This document shows positions 18,614 through 31,112 of a stretch of DNA of 64,000 nucleotides, piece by piece. This DNA is from an uncultured Chloroflexia bacterium (GTDB taxonomy: Bacteria > Chloroflexota > Limnocylindria > Limnocylindrales > CSP1-4). The stretch covers positions 130,863 through 194,862 of the forward strand of contig CAVQNC010000007.1 of the NCBI GenBank assembly GCA_963713795.1, in the 5' to 3' direction. Position 1 is the stretch's first letter; each line of letters opens with the position of its first letter. The notes under the pieces are model-generated. The model was not told where the DNA came from, searched no databases, and saw only the letters and a program-made list of their open reading frames with translations. A program made the position numbers and the translations under genes.

Positions 18614-19582
18614 GTGGTCGTGTCCGACAAGGTCCGCTGGGGCATCCTGGGCCCGGGCGGCATCGCCGCAAGGTTCATGCGCGACGCCGGCCGAGCATCC
18701 AACGCGGTGGTCGTCGCGGCCGGCAGCCGCAGCCGTGAGCGGGCCGCCGAATTCGCCTCGCGGTTCGGCATCCCCGGCGCCTACGGGTCGTACGAGGAGC
18801 TCCTGGCCGACCCGCAGGTTGACGCCGTCTACGTCGCCGTCCCGAATTCGCTCCACCATCCCATGACGATGCTGGCGCTGGCCGCCGGCAAGCACGTCCT
18901 GTGTGAGAAGCCGTACACGCGCCGTCCCGAACAGGTCGAGGAAGCCTTCGACGCGGCCGACGCGGCCGACCTGGTCCTCATGGAGGCGTTCATGTGGCGC
19001 CATGCCCCCCAGATCCGGCGCTTCCTGGAGCTGCTGCCCGAGGTGGGAGAGGTCCGGTCGATCCGGACCACCTTCAGCTTCGTCCTGGCCAGAGATGTCG
19101 ACGTGCGGCTCGCCGCCGGCCTGGACGGCGGGGCCTTGATGGACGTCGGGTGCTACTGCGTAAGCGGCTCCCGCCTGGTCGCCGGCGTGGAGCCGTCCCG
19201 CGTCTTCGGCTGGCAGGCGCCGGCAAGGTCTGGCGTGGACGAGAACTTCTCCGGGATGCTGCAGTTTCCGTCGGGCCTGGTCGCCGAGTTCGTGACCGGC
19301 TTCACCTCCGACCACCGCTCGCTGGAAGTGATCGGGGCGAGGGCGACTCTCTCACTGCCGGATCCCTGGCACGGCGAGCTCGGCGGGATCAGGCTCGGCG
19401 GCCGCGAGATCGACGTGACCTGGGAGGACTCGTACCGCCTCGAATTGGAGAACATGAGCTCGGCCATCCTGGGCGACGGGCAGCCGCTGCTCGGCCGGGC
19501 CGACGCGCTCGGCCAGGCCAGGACCATCGACGCGCTGTACCGTTCGGCGGCGTCCGGCGCGGTAGTCTCGCTCGAAGGTTGA
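18614..19582 (+). CDS. Gfo/Idh/MocA family NAD(P)-dependent oxidoreductase
   Basis: N-terminal Rossmann VRWGILGPGGIAARF, EKP motif (LCEKPY), C-terminal alpha/beta dimerisation domain; GTG start ~18614 inferred. Confidence 0.7.
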   Translation: MVVSDKVRWGILGPGGIAARFMRDAGRASNAVVVAAGSRSRERAAEFASRFGIPGAYGSYEELLADPQVDAVYVAVPNSLHHPMTMLALAAGKHVLCEKPYTRRPEQVEEAFDAADAADLVLMEAFMWRHAPQIRRFLELLPEVGEVRSIRTTFSFVLARDVDVRLAAGLDGGALMDVGCYCVSGSRLVAGVEPSRVFGWQAPARSGVDENFSGMLQFPSGLVAEFVTGFTSDHRSLEVIGARATLSLPDPWHGELGGIRLGGREIDVTWEDSYRLELENMSSAILGDGQPLLGRADALGQARTIDALYRSAASGAVVSLEG

Positions 19583-19736
19583 CGCCGCGCCGCGCGGCCC
19601 CATCGAAGGCCCAGACGGCCTTGCACCTCGGGCCGGCGGCAACGCCGGGGCCGTGGGGCGACCTGCCGGCCATCTTCTGCCATGCTGGTCGCATCAACAC
19701 GGCGCCGCGCCGCGACGCCCGCATGAGGAGGGCCCC

Positions 19737-20285
19737 ATGGCTCTGCACCTCAAACCTCGCAAACGTATCGGGCTCGTAGCCCACGACAACAAGAAGCACG
19801 ACCTTGTCGAGTGGGCCCGCTACAACCGCGGCATGCTCGCCCAGCACGATCTCGTGGCGACCGGGACGACCGGCTTGATGCTGGGGCGCGAGCTGGATCT
19901 GCCGGTGACCTGCCTGCAGTCGGGCCCGCTCGGCGGCGACCTGCAGGTCGGCGCCATGATCGCCGACGGCACGATCGACTTCCTGGTCTTCTTCTGGGAT
20001 CCGCTCGAGCCGCAGCCTCACGACACCGACGTCAAGTCGCTGCTCCGGATCGCGGTCGTCTGGAACATCCCGGTGGCCTGCGACCGGGCCTCGGCCGACT
20101 TCATGATCTCGTCGCCGCTCATGACCGGGGCGTACGAGCGAACGGTGCCGGACTACACGGCCCACAACGCCCGCGAGCTGCCCGGCGACGATGAGGCGGC
20201 CGAGGCCGACGAGGTCGCCGAGGTCGCCGAGGGCGACGAGGGCGATCGCGCGCTCATAGACCCCTCCCTCGGCTCGATTTCCTGA
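19737..20285 (+). CDS. mgsA: Methylglyoxal synthase with ~35-aa acidic C-terminal extension
   Basis: Near-colinear with E. coli MgsA (IGLVAHDNKKHDLVEWA, ATGTTG, SGPLGGDLQVGA, FFWDPL, PHDTDVKSLLR, WNIPVA); tail DDEAAEADEVAEVAEGDEGD. Confidence 0.8.
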   Translation: MALHLKPRKRIGLVAHDNKKHDLVEWARYNRGMLAQHDLVATGTTGLMLGRELDLPVTCLQSGPLGGDLQVGAMIADGTIDFLVFFWDPLEPQPHDTDVKSLLRIAVVWNIPVACDRASADFMISSPLMTGAYERTVPDYTAHNARELPGDDEAAEADEVAEVAEGDEGDRALIDPSLGSIS

Positions 20286-20333
20286 CGCCTGCGCCGCCGG
20301 GCGCCAGGGGCGGCGAGTTGCGAGAATACGCGG

Positions 20334-22022
20334 ATGGATCGACAGCTCCTCTCCGGTGACGAGGCCGTCGCACTGGCGGCCCTGAATGCCTCCGTGGCGC
20401 TGGGAACGGGCTACCCCGGCACGCCGTCGACGGAGATCCTCGAAGCCTTCGACGTGCTGGGAGGCCGGGCCCAGTGGGCCCCCAACGAGAAAGTGGCGTT
20501 GGAAGTGGGCCTGGGGGCCGCCTTCGGCGGTGCCCGCGCCCTGGTGACGATGAAGCACGTTGGCCTGAACGTGGCTGCGGACCCGCTCTTCACGGCCGCG
20601 TATACGGGGGTCTCCGGCGCGCTGATCGTCGTTACCGCCGACGATCCGGGCATGGCCTCCTCGCAGAACGAGCAGGACAACCGGCGCTACGCCGTCGCGG
20701 CCGGACTGCCGATGATCGAGCCGTCCGACTCGCAGGAGGCCTACGACTTCTTCTTCGCCGCGGTCGAGATCTCCGAGCGGTGGCACATCCCGGTCCTGTT
20801 CCGGATGACCACGCGCGTCTGCCACTCCAAGTCGATCGTGACGCCGCGCCCGGCCGGCGCGGATTCGCCCGGTGCCTTCGCCCCGCCGGCGGCGAAGCCG
20901 CATTTCGAGCACGACATCAACGCCCGCGTGATGATCCCGGCCAACGCCCGCCCCGCACACCGGCGCCTTCGCGCGAAGCTGGCCGAAATTGCGGCCTGGG
21001 GCGAGCGCGGGGCGTGGGAGGCAGCTCCCGGGCGGGTCGCGCTGAACCGCATCGAGCCGGGCGAGGCGGCCCTGGGGATCGTGACCGACGGCGTCTCCTA
21101 TCTGCATGCCGCCGAGGCGGCCCCAGGGGCCGCCATCTTCAAGATCGGGCTTGTCAACCCGCTCCCGGTCGAGAGGGCTCGCGCCTTCGCCGCGTCCGTG
21201 GCGCGGACCGTCGTTGTCGAAGAAGGCGATCCGCTGATCGCGGACTCGCTCCTCGCCGCCGGCATCGCCGTGGAATCCAAGCCCGAGATGTACCGCTTCG
21301 GCGAGCTCGACGTGCCGCGCGTCCGCCGCATCCTGGCCGGCGACACCAGCCCCGAGCCGCCGGGGGCGCGGGGCAAGCCGCCCGAGTTGTGTCCGGCCTG
21401 CCCGTACCACACGGTCTACGCCGCTCTGAAGAAGCACGACTGCATCGCCGCGGGCGATATAGGCTGCTACACCCTGGGCGTGCTGCCGCCGTACGGGGCG
21501 ATGGACACGTGCGTGGCCATGGGCGCCTCGATCGGCGTCGGCCTGGGCCTGCGCCACGTTCTCCCGCCCGATGAGGCCCGCCGCGTCGTCTCGATCATCG
21601 GCGACTCCACGTTCGTCCACTCCGGCATCAGCGGGCTGGTCGAGATGGCCTACAACCCGCCGCCGACCGGCCACGTCGTCATCGTGCTGGACAACGGCAC
21701 GACCGCCATGACCGGTCAGCAGGAGCACCCCGCGACCGGCCGGCGACTCGACCACGGCCCCACGAACCAGCTCTCGATCGAGGGCATCGCCACGGCCATC
21801 GGCATCCAGAGCGTGACCGTCCTCGATGCCTTTGCCGAGCCGGAGGAGTTCGAGCGCCTCCTCCTCGAACGCCTGGCCGTGCCCGAGCTGTCGGTCATCG
21901 TCGCCCGCAGGCCCTGCATTCTGGCCGCGGCCGACATCAGACGGTGGGAGCAGGCGGCGGCCGAGTTCCGTGCCCGTGCGGCCGAGCAGGCCGCCGTCTG
22001 CGAAGTGGAGGCCGAGCCGTGA
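20334..22022 (+). CDS. iorA: Indolepyruvate:ferredoxin oxidoreductase alpha subunit (TPP, 4Fe-4S)
   Basis: N-terminal SGDEAVALAALNASVALGTGYPGTPSTEIL, TPP-binding GDxxxxxxG region, CPACPYH cysteine motif, ~560 aa. Confidence 0.85.
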   Translation: MDRQLLSGDEAVALAALNASVALGTGYPGTPSTEILEAFDVLGGRAQWAPNEKVALEVGLGAAFGGARALVTMKHVGLNVAADPLFTAAYTGVSGALIVVTADDPGMASSQNEQDNRRYAVAAGLPMIEPSDSQEAYDFFFAAVEISERWHIPVLFRMTTRVCHSKSIVTPRPAGADSPGAFAPPAAKPHFEHDINARVMIPANARPAHRRLRAKLAEIAAWGERGAWEAAPGRVALNRIEPGEAALGIVTDGVSYLHAAEAAPGAAIFKIGLVNPLPVERARAFAASVARTVVVEEGDPLIADSLLAAGIAVESKPEMYRFGELDVPRVRRILAGDTSPEPPGARGKPPELCPACPYHTVYAALKKHDCIAAGDIGCYTLGVLPPYGAMDTCVAMGASIGVGLGLRHVLPPDEARRVVSIIGDSTFVHSGISGLVEMAYNPPPTGHVVIVLDNGTTAMTGQQEHPATGRRLDHGPTNQLSIEGIATAIGIQSVTVLDAFAEPEEFERLLLERLAVPELSVIVARRPCILAAADIRRWEQAAAEFRARAAEQAAVCEVEAEP

Positions 22023-22573
22023 GCGACCACGTCGGGCCCGCCGCCGGCCGGGCGAGCTCGACGCCCGCGACGGGAGTGATCAACGTCGTCCTGGCCGGCC
22101 TCGGCGGGCAGGGCGTCATCAAGGCCTCGGACATCCTGGCCGACGCCGCCGTTCGGGCAGGGCTGGACGTGAAGAAATCGGAGCTCCACGGCATGAGCCA
22201 GCGCGGCGGCTCCGTCAGCTCCGACGTGCGTTTCGGCCGCACCGCCGCCGACCGGGTCCTCTCGCCGATGGTGCCGCGCGGCGAGGCCGACTTCCTGCTC
22301 GTGCTGGCACCCTCGGAAGTCGAGGTCACTCGGCCGTTGCTGAGGCCCGGCGGCGTGCTGGTCGCCCCGGACCTGATCCCGGAGTCGGCGCTGCCCAACA
22401 AGCGCAGCCTCAACGTGGCCCTGCTGGGCGCGCTCAGTCAACATCTCGAGCTGCCGGCGGAGGCACTCCTCGAGGCGGTCAGGGCGGCGCTGCCCGAACG
22501 GCTGTACGCGGTAAACGCGGCGGCATTCCAGTTGGGCCGAAAAGTCGCCGGCGGCGAAGGCACAATCCGCTAG
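22019..22573 (+). CDS. iorB: Indolepyruvate:ferredoxin oxidoreductase beta subunit
   Basis: INVVLAGLGGQGVIKASDILA...ELHGMSQRGGSVSSDVRFG; GTG start overlapping iorA stop (GTGA). Confidence 0.75.
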   Translation: MSDHVGPAAGRASSTPATGVINVVLAGLGGQGVIKASDILADAAVRAGLDVKKSELHGMSQRGGSVSSDVRFGRTAADRVLSPMVPRGEADFLLVLAPSEVEVTRPLLRPGGVLVAPDLIPESALPNKRSLNVALLGALSQHLELPAEALLEAVRAALPERLYAVNAAAFQLGRKVAGGEGTIR

Positions 22574-22652
22574 GCGGAGGCCCTCGTCGTCCGCCGTCGC
22601 GCCGGGCGCGTGAAGCCGGCAACCGGGACATCATCCGCCAGAGGAGGCCGTA

Positions 22653-23975
22653 GTGAGCGCCTGGAACGACCCGCCGGGGGGTTTCCACCCGATCAGCGCG
22701 CCCGACTTCCTGCCGCGCGAGCAGCTGGCGGTCATCCAGCTCCAGCGGCTGCGGTCGGTCGTGACCCGGGCCTTCGCCCGAGTGGCGCTCTTCCGGTCGC
22801 GCATGGAGGAGCGTGGACTCTCGCCCTCCTCGGTCGCGTCGCTGGCCGACATCGCGGCGCTGCCGTTCACGGTCAAGGCCGACCTGCGCGACACCTATCC
22901 GTTCGGGCTCTTCGCCAGCCCCATGGAGGAGATCGTCCGGCTCCACGCCTCGTCCGGTACCACCGGCAAGCCGATCGTCGTGGCTTACACCCAGGCCGAC
23001 CTGGACGTGTGGACGGAGGTGATGGTCAGGAGCTTCGTGGCCTGCGGAATCCACCGCGGCGACGTCATCCAGAACGCCTACGGCTACGGGCTGTTCACGG
23101 GCGGCCTCGGCGCCCATTACGGCGGCGAGGCGCTGGGCGCGACCGTCATCCCGATCAGCGGCGGAAACACCGAGCGCCAGCTCATGGTCATGCAGGACTT
23201 CGGCGTCACGGCGATCTGCTGCACGCCCAGCTACTTCCTGCATCTGCTCGAGTCCGCCCGGGACACCAGGACCGACTTCTCCAGGCTGCGGGTCGGCGTC
23301 TTCGGCGCGGAGCCGTGGAGCGATTCGATGCGCGAACGGATCCAGGACGAGAGCGGAATCCGCGCCCACGACATCTACGGCCTGTCCGAGATCATCGGCC
23401 CCGGCGTCGGCATCGAGTGCGCCGAACGGGATGGTCTCCACATCTTCGAGGACCACTTCTACCCGGAGATCGTCGACCCCGAGACCGGCGAGGTCGTGCC
23501 CGAAGGCGCGGAGGGCGAGCTCGTCCTGACGACTCTCTCGAAGCAGGCGATGCCGCTGGTCCGGTATCGAACTCGCGACGTAACCGCCCTGATCCCGGAG
23601 CCCTGCGCCTGCGGCCGAACGCTTCGCCGCATCCGCCGAATCGGCCGCCGATCCGACGACATGTTCATCATCCGCGGCGTCAACGTCTTCCCGTCCCAGG
23701 TCGAGACGGCACTGCTGCGCGTCGAGGGCACGCTGCCCCACTACCAGATCATCCTGACGCGGGACAGAGGCCTCGACCAGATGGAGGTCAAGGTGGAGGT
23801 CACGCCCGAGGTCTTCTCGGACGAGATCCGCAAGCTCGAGGCGCTGCAGCAGCAGCTCGAGGCGTCGATCGAGAACATCCTCGGTCTCCGCGTGAAGGTG
23901 ACCCTCGTCCAGCCGCGCTCGCTCGCCCGCAGCGAGGGCAAGGCGAGGCGCGTCAGCGACCTGCGCAGTGTCTGA
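22653..23975 (+). CDS. paaK: Phenylacetate-CoA ligase family (PaaK-like, AMP-forming / reversible arylacetate-CoA ligase)
   Basis: SSGTTGKPIVVAYT P-loop, YGLSE, full-length PaaK colinearity; RBS AGAGGAGG upstream of GTG start. Confidence 0.85.
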   Translation: MSAWNDPPGGFHPISAPDFLPREQLAVIQLQRLRSVVTRAFARVALFRSRMEERGLSPSSVASLADIAALPFTVKADLRDTYPFGLFASPMEEIVRLHASSGTTGKPIVVAYTQADLDVWTEVMVRSFVACGIHRGDVIQNAYGYGLFTGGLGAHYGGEALGATVIPISGGNTERQLMVMQDFGVTAICCTPSYFLHLLESARDTRTDFSRLRVGVFGAEPWSDSMRERIQDESGIRAHDIYGLSEIIGPGVGIECAERDGLHIFEDHFYPEIVDPETGEVVPEGAEGELVLTTLSKQAMPLVRYRTRDVTALIPEPCACGRTLRRIRRIGRRSDDMFIIRGVNVFPSQVETALLRVEGTLPHYQIILTRDRGLDQMEVKVEVTPEVFSDEIRKLEALQQQLEASIENILGLRVKVTLVQPRSLARSEGKARRVSDLRSV

Positions 23976-24038
23976 CGAGTCAACCGTCGAACGGCGGTGT
24001 GGAGCCATCGCCGCTTCTCCGCCGAAGGAGGCCCATAG

Positions 24039-24473
24039 GTGAAGCTTCAGCAGCTCTCACTCTTCCTGGAGAACAAGCCCGGCGTCCTTCGCGAGCCGTG
24101 CGAGGCGCTGGCAGCGGCCGGGATCGACCTGCTGACGATGTCGCTGGCGGACACCGCCCAGTTCGGGATCCTGCGTTTCATCGTCCGCGACCCGATGCGT
24201 GCCAAGAACGTTCTCGAGGAGGCGGGCATGGTCGTGCGCATGACGGAGGTCGTCCCGGTCGAGGTCGAGGACAGGCCCGGCGGGCTGGCCCGAGCGCTGG
24301 CCGCCATCGAAGAGGCCGGTCTGGGCGTCGAGTACATGTACGACTTCGGCGCCGCTTCCCGCGGCGGAAAGGCCGCCATCGTCTTCCGCTTCGAGGACCC
24401 GGACGCGGCCCTGGCCGCTCTGGAAGCGGCCGGGGTTCACGTCCTGACCGGCGAGGAGTTGCTGCCGGGGTAG
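24039..24473 (+). CDS. Tandem ACT-domain regulatory protein (PaaK-associated)
   Basis: Two ACT repeats (LSLFLENKPGVLRE... / VEVEDRPGGLARAL...), typical partner downstream of paaK in ior-paaK clusters. Confidence 0.7.
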   Translation: MKLQQLSLFLENKPGVLREPCEALAAAGIDLLTMSLADTAQFGILRFIVRDPMRAKNVLEEAGMVVRMTEVVPVEVEDRPGGLARALAAIEEAGLGVEYMYDFGAASRGGKAAIVFRFEDPDAALAALEAAGVHVLTGEELLPG

Positions 24474-24518
24474 GGCCTCGGACGCGAAGCCCGTTGCCGC
24501 GGCGGTCCCGCGGGGACG

Positions 24519-24821
24519 TCAGCCGTCGCGGCCGCGCAGGAGGGATACCCGGAAGCCGCGCAACTCGCCCGTGGCGAGGCCGCTCTTGATCGTCGGGTCG
24601 TCTTCCATGATCCGGCGGGCCGCGGCCTCGTCGGGAGCCTCGATCACGGCCACGCCGGTGTTGATCCGGCCCAGCGTGGGGCCGGCCATGATCAGCGTGC
24701 CCTCGGCCAGGAGCCGCTTCAGACGCTCGAAATGCTCGTCCCAGACCCGTCGCTCCTCGGCCGTCATGGTCGCGGCGAAGTCCTCCCTGTCGATGTGGAT
24801 GAAGTAGATCCATTCGGCCAT
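24519..24821 (-). CDS. YciI-like (Dabb-fold) protein
   Basis: 100 aa, pattern WIYFIHI...RRVWDEHFERLKRLLAEGTLIMAGP...GELRGFRV. Confidence 0.55.
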   Translation of the reverse strand: MAEWIYFIHIDREDFAATMTAEERRVWDEHFERLKRLLAEGTLIMAGPTLGRINTGVAVIEAPDEAAARRIMEDDPTIKSGLATGELRGFRVSLLRGRDG

Positions 24822-24943
24822 CGGCGTCCACTCCAGTGCGCTCGTTCGCCCTCTCCGGCGAATGGTTAGAGTCCAGACGCTAGGATGAACGAAACGTCAA
24901 ATCGTGAGGTTCCAGCCGGGCTGGCATGGCGGGAGGCGGCGGG

Positions 24944-25915
24944 ATGAGGCTTCGAACGTTCGGACGATTGGGCTGGCAGGTCGGCGAACTCGGGTACGGC
25001 ATGTGGGGCATGGCCGGCTGGTCCGGCTCCGAGGACCAGGAGTCCATGGCCTCGCTCGAACTGGCCGCCGCCCGGGGCGTGAACTTCTTCGACACGGCTC
25101 AGGCCTACGGCGACGGCCACAGCGAGCAGCTGCTCGGGATGCTTCTGAAGGGCCAGCGCGGCAAGCGCCTGTTCGTCGCGACCAAGGTCCCGCCCAGAAA
25201 CCGCCAGTGGCCGAGCCATCGCGGCGTGCCGCTTGCGCAGGTGTATCCCCGGGCCTACGTGCGCGAGTACGTCGACATCAGCCGGTCGAATCTCGGCGTC
25301 GACACGATCGATCTCCTGCAGCTTCACGTCTGGGAGGACGACTGGCTGGAAAGCGGCGAGCTGGCGCAGACCGTGGCCGAGCTCAAGCGCGAAGGCTCGA
25401 TCAGGGCCTTCGGCATAAGCCAGAACCGATGGGAGCCCTGGAACGGCCTCCGGGCCGTCCGGTCGGGGCTCGTGGATTCCGTCCAGGTGATCTACAACAT
25501 CTTCGACCAGGCGCCCGAGGACGAACTCTTCCCGGCCTGCCGCGAGAACGGCGTAGCCGTCATCGCCCGCGTTCCCTTCGATGAGGGCAGCCTGACCGGT
25601 ACGCTGTCCAGGTCGTCGACCTGGCCCGAGCGTGACTGGCGCAACACCTACTTCGTGCCCGAGAACCTGGCCGCCTCGGTGGCGCACGCCGACGCTCTCA
25701 AGCCGCTGCCGCCCGCCGGAGTGAGCCTGGCCGACATGGCCCTTCGCTTCATCCTCTCGAACCGCGACGTGAGCACCGTCATTCCGGGCATGCGCAGGGC
25801 GGCCCACGTTGGTTCGAACGTGGCCGCGGCCGCGGCCGGCCCGCTGCCGCCCGAGCTGATCGCCAGGCTTCGGGCTCACCGCTGGGACCGCACGCCGACC
25901 GACTGGTCGCAGTAG
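24944..25915 (+). CDS. Aldo/keto reductase
   Basis: FFDTAQAYGDGHSEQLLG, catalytic tetrad context (D, Y, K, H), IPGMRR C-terminal motif. Confidence 0.8.
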   Translation: MRLRTFGRLGWQVGELGYGMWGMAGWSGSEDQESMASLELAAARGVNFFDTAQAYGDGHSEQLLGMLLKGQRGKRLFVATKVPPRNRQWPSHRGVPLAQVYPRAYVREYVDISRSNLGVDTIDLLQLHVWEDDWLESGELAQTVAELKREGSIRAFGISQNRWEPWNGLRAVRSGLVDSVQVIYNIFDQAPEDELFPACRENGVAVIARVPFDEGSLTGTLSRSSTWPERDWRNTYFVPENLAASVAHADALKPLPPAGVSLADMALRFILSNRDVSTVIPGMRRAAHVGSNVAAAAAGPLPPELIARLRAHRWDRTPTDWSQ

Positions 25916-25934
25916 TTCGACGCGGGAAGTCGAG

Positions 25935-25969
25935 GCCGGCCCGGGCCCCGCGCCTTGCCGCGGGCCGGC
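25935..25969. terminator. Bidirectional terminator-like hairpin between convergent AKR and acnA (9-bp GC stem GCCGGCCCG/CGGGCCGGC, 17-nt loop)
   Basis: Perfect inverted repeat in 87-nt convergent intergenic region; no U-tract (typical for high-GC genomes). Confidence 0.35.
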
Positions 25970-26002
25970 GGGGGCTTCGCGCCGAAGATCCGCGGCGGGC
26001 CC

Positions 26003-28831
<2,829 letters not shown>

Positions 28832-29475
28832 CCCTCGTTGGCTCCCGCGCTCCTTGCTCACGCACCGCCAAGTGCGCTCGCCGCGGTGCTCGTCGCCGCC
28901 TTGGGACTGCGCTCGTCGGGCCGAGCGAGCCATTTGTCGCCTCAACCCCGGCGGGGGTGCGCCTCTGCCGCCGGGGACCTGGTGCGTATTGTTCGTCGTC
29001 GCGCCGAATCTCGCCAGTCGCGCGGCGCGCGTATTCATGGGCGCGCCCAGGCTTCCGTTTGCACGCTCGCGCGTCTTCAGGCGCGCTCGTCGCCGGCGCG
29101 CCTCGCCGTCCGGGACTGCTCTCATCCACCGGCCGATTCCCGTCGCCCGACCGGTCGATCCGGGCTAAACTCGCGGCTGACGCCGTTCCGGCGCCCCGCC
29201 GCGCGGCAGCGTGGCGAGGGCTGCCCGGAGGCAAGTCCGCTGGGTGAATGCCGCCGGTGCGCGGTCGGGGAGGGAGGTCGCGTGTGATGTGGCGTGGCGG
29301 TGCGAGCCGCGGTCCAAGTGGTTCAGCCGGAAGCGAGACCACGGACGCACGGGATCCGCTGCCGCGCGTCATCGAGCAAGAGATAGGCCGCCATCGACAC
29401 GGTGACCAGATCCATGCCCACACCCAGCCGCATCCCCACACTCGCGGCACGGCGACGGCCCCGACGGTCGGTATC

Positions 29476-30324
29476 GTGGGGGCCGGAGCGGTTGGTACCG
29501 CCCTTGGGGTGGCCATCAGTCGGGCCGGCTGGCCGGTCGTCGCCGTCGCCAGCCGCGACGCCGGCAGGCGGGAAAGGTTCCGCGGCCTGGTGCCGAGCGC
29601 GCGCGCTTTCATGGAGCCCGCCGCCGTCCTTGATGAAGTCGAGCTGGTCATCCTGGCTGTGCCGGACGACGCCATCTCGGTCGTCGCGGAGTCCTTGCGC
29701 CTCTACAGCGGCCAGACGCTCGTCCACACGAGCGGCCTTCTCGGGGCGGAGGTGCTCTCCTCGGCGCTGGCCGCCGGAAGCCACATCGGCGCCTTCCATC
29801 CGCTGGTCTCGTTCACCTCCGACGTGGAGCGGTCGGTGGCCGGCCTCCGAGGCGCGACGATCGCCCTCGAGGGCGACGACTCGATCCTGGGGCTGCTGGC
29901 CGACCTCGCCGAAGCGATCGGTGGAGTAGCCGTCCGTCTTCCACGCGGCACGAAGCCGGCCTACCATGCCGCGGCCGTCCTGGCCTCCGGCGGGCTAGTC
30001 GCGCTGCTCGACGCCATCGTCAAGCTCAGCGCCGCGGCCGGCGTCGACGAACGCGGCGCGCTGAACGTCTATGGTCGCCTCATCGAGCAGACGCTGGCTA
30101 ACGCGCGGGCCAACGGCGTCGGCGCGGCCCTGACCGGCCCGATCGTGCGCGGCGACGTGGGCACCGTCGAGGCTCACGTGGCGGCACTCCAGAGGCTGGC
30201 GCCGGGCGTCGTGGAGATGTATCTGGCGGCCGCCAGGCGCGAGATCAGGATCACGGAGGAACGTGGCGCTCTGGCACCGGAGCAACTCGAGCTCCTGCGC
30301 TCCGCGCTTGCAAAGGTTCCCTGA
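29476..30324 (+). CDS. Rossmann-fold DUF2520-family protein (NADP-oxidoreductase-like; ProC/ApbA-like fold)
   Basis: VGIVGAGAVGTALG GxGxxG at N-terminus, LVILAVPDDAI, C-terminal DUF2520-like helical domain; start ambiguous (GTG 29476 vs ATG 29287 giving Arg/Gly-rich extension). Confidence 0.5.
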   Translation: MGAGAVGTALGVAISRAGWPVVAVASRDAGRRERFRGLVPSARAFMEPAAVLDEVELVILAVPDDAISVVAESLRLYSGQTLVHTSGLLGAEVLSSALAAGSHIGAFHPLVSFTSDVERSVAGLRGATIALEGDDSILGLLADLAEAIGGVAVRLPRGTKPAYHAAAVLASGGLVALLDAIVKLSAAAGVDERGALNVYGRLIEQTLANARANGVGAALTGPIVRGDVGTVEAHVAALQRLAPGVVEMYLAAARREIRITEERGALAPEQLELLRSALAKVP

Positions 30325-30638
30325 CCGGGTACGATTGGCCATATGCAGCACAGCATCGTCGCCAAGTACGTGGCCTGGCCGGCCGCCCGGTTCGTGCGCC
30401 CCGGAGGGCGTGAGTGGGAGAGGCGGCTGGGCCTGCATTCGAGCCTGTCGTTCCAGCGTGAGGCCGTGCGCCGGACAATTCTGCGCCCGTCCCACGGCGG
30501 GCTGCAGATCGCCGACTGGCGCCCGGCGACGGTCCACCGTGGCGGCCCCTGGAGCGGTCTTCCTCGCGCCGCTGTCACGATTCGCTGGTCCGGCGGGCGG
30601 CCGCAGGCCGACCGCCGGTCGAACCTGGCCGCGGCGCC

Positions 30639-31112
30639 GTGGCGAGGCTGAGCAGCGCGACCGCGACCTCCGCCGGCGGCATCGTCTTCCGGTTCCAGGA
30701 TTCGATTCCCCAACTGGTGCTGGGCCGCCGGAGGCGGGAAAAGGACGCCTCGACCTGGACGCTGCCCAAGGGCACGCCGAATCCCGGAGAGAGCCTCGAG
30801 CAGACGGCCCTGCGCGAAGTGTGCGAGGAAACCGGCCTGACGGTTCGTATCCTCTCGCCCCTGGATTCGATTCGGTACTCCTTCGTCCAGCACGGCACGC
30901 GCATCCACAAGACGGTGCACTACTTCATGATGGAGCCGACCGGCGGTGGCCTGGAGGACCACGACCGCGAGTTCGAGGAAGTCCGCTGGGTTTCCTTCGA
31001 CGAGGCGGCCGGGCTCCTGTCGTTCGATACGGAGCGCTCGCTCGTCGGCCTCGCAGCCACCAGGCTGCCGGATGCGACGGCCCGATCTTCAGCCGGAACT
31101 TCAACCACGTGA
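30639..31112 (+). CDS. NUDIX hydrolase
   Basis: Nudix box GTPNPGESLEQTALREVCEETGL; GTG start. Confidence 0.75.
   Translation: MARLSSATATSAGGIVFRFQDSIPQLVLGRRRREKDASTWTLPKGTPNPGESLEQTALREVCEETGLTVRILSPLDSIRYSFVQHGTRIHKTVHYFMMEPTGGGLEDHDREFEEVRWVSFDEAAGLLSFDTERSLVGLAATRLPDATARSSAGTSTT

Noticed and set aside
29150-29300. Possible RNase P RNA, suggested by GAGGCAAGTCCG and GATCCGGGCT resembling the P4 strand GAGGAAAGUCCGGGCUCC
   Set aside because: The two fragments are separated and out of order relative to P4. No downstream ACAGAANCCGGCUUA partner and no other universally conserved RNase P elements are present. The resemblance is best explained by chance in GC-rich sequence.
30343-30651. 102-aa ORF filling the gap before the NUDIX gene
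   Set aside because: Trp/Arg-rich with no motifs, and it overlaps the NUDIX start. It looks like a wrong-frame artefact and the region is treated as non-coding.
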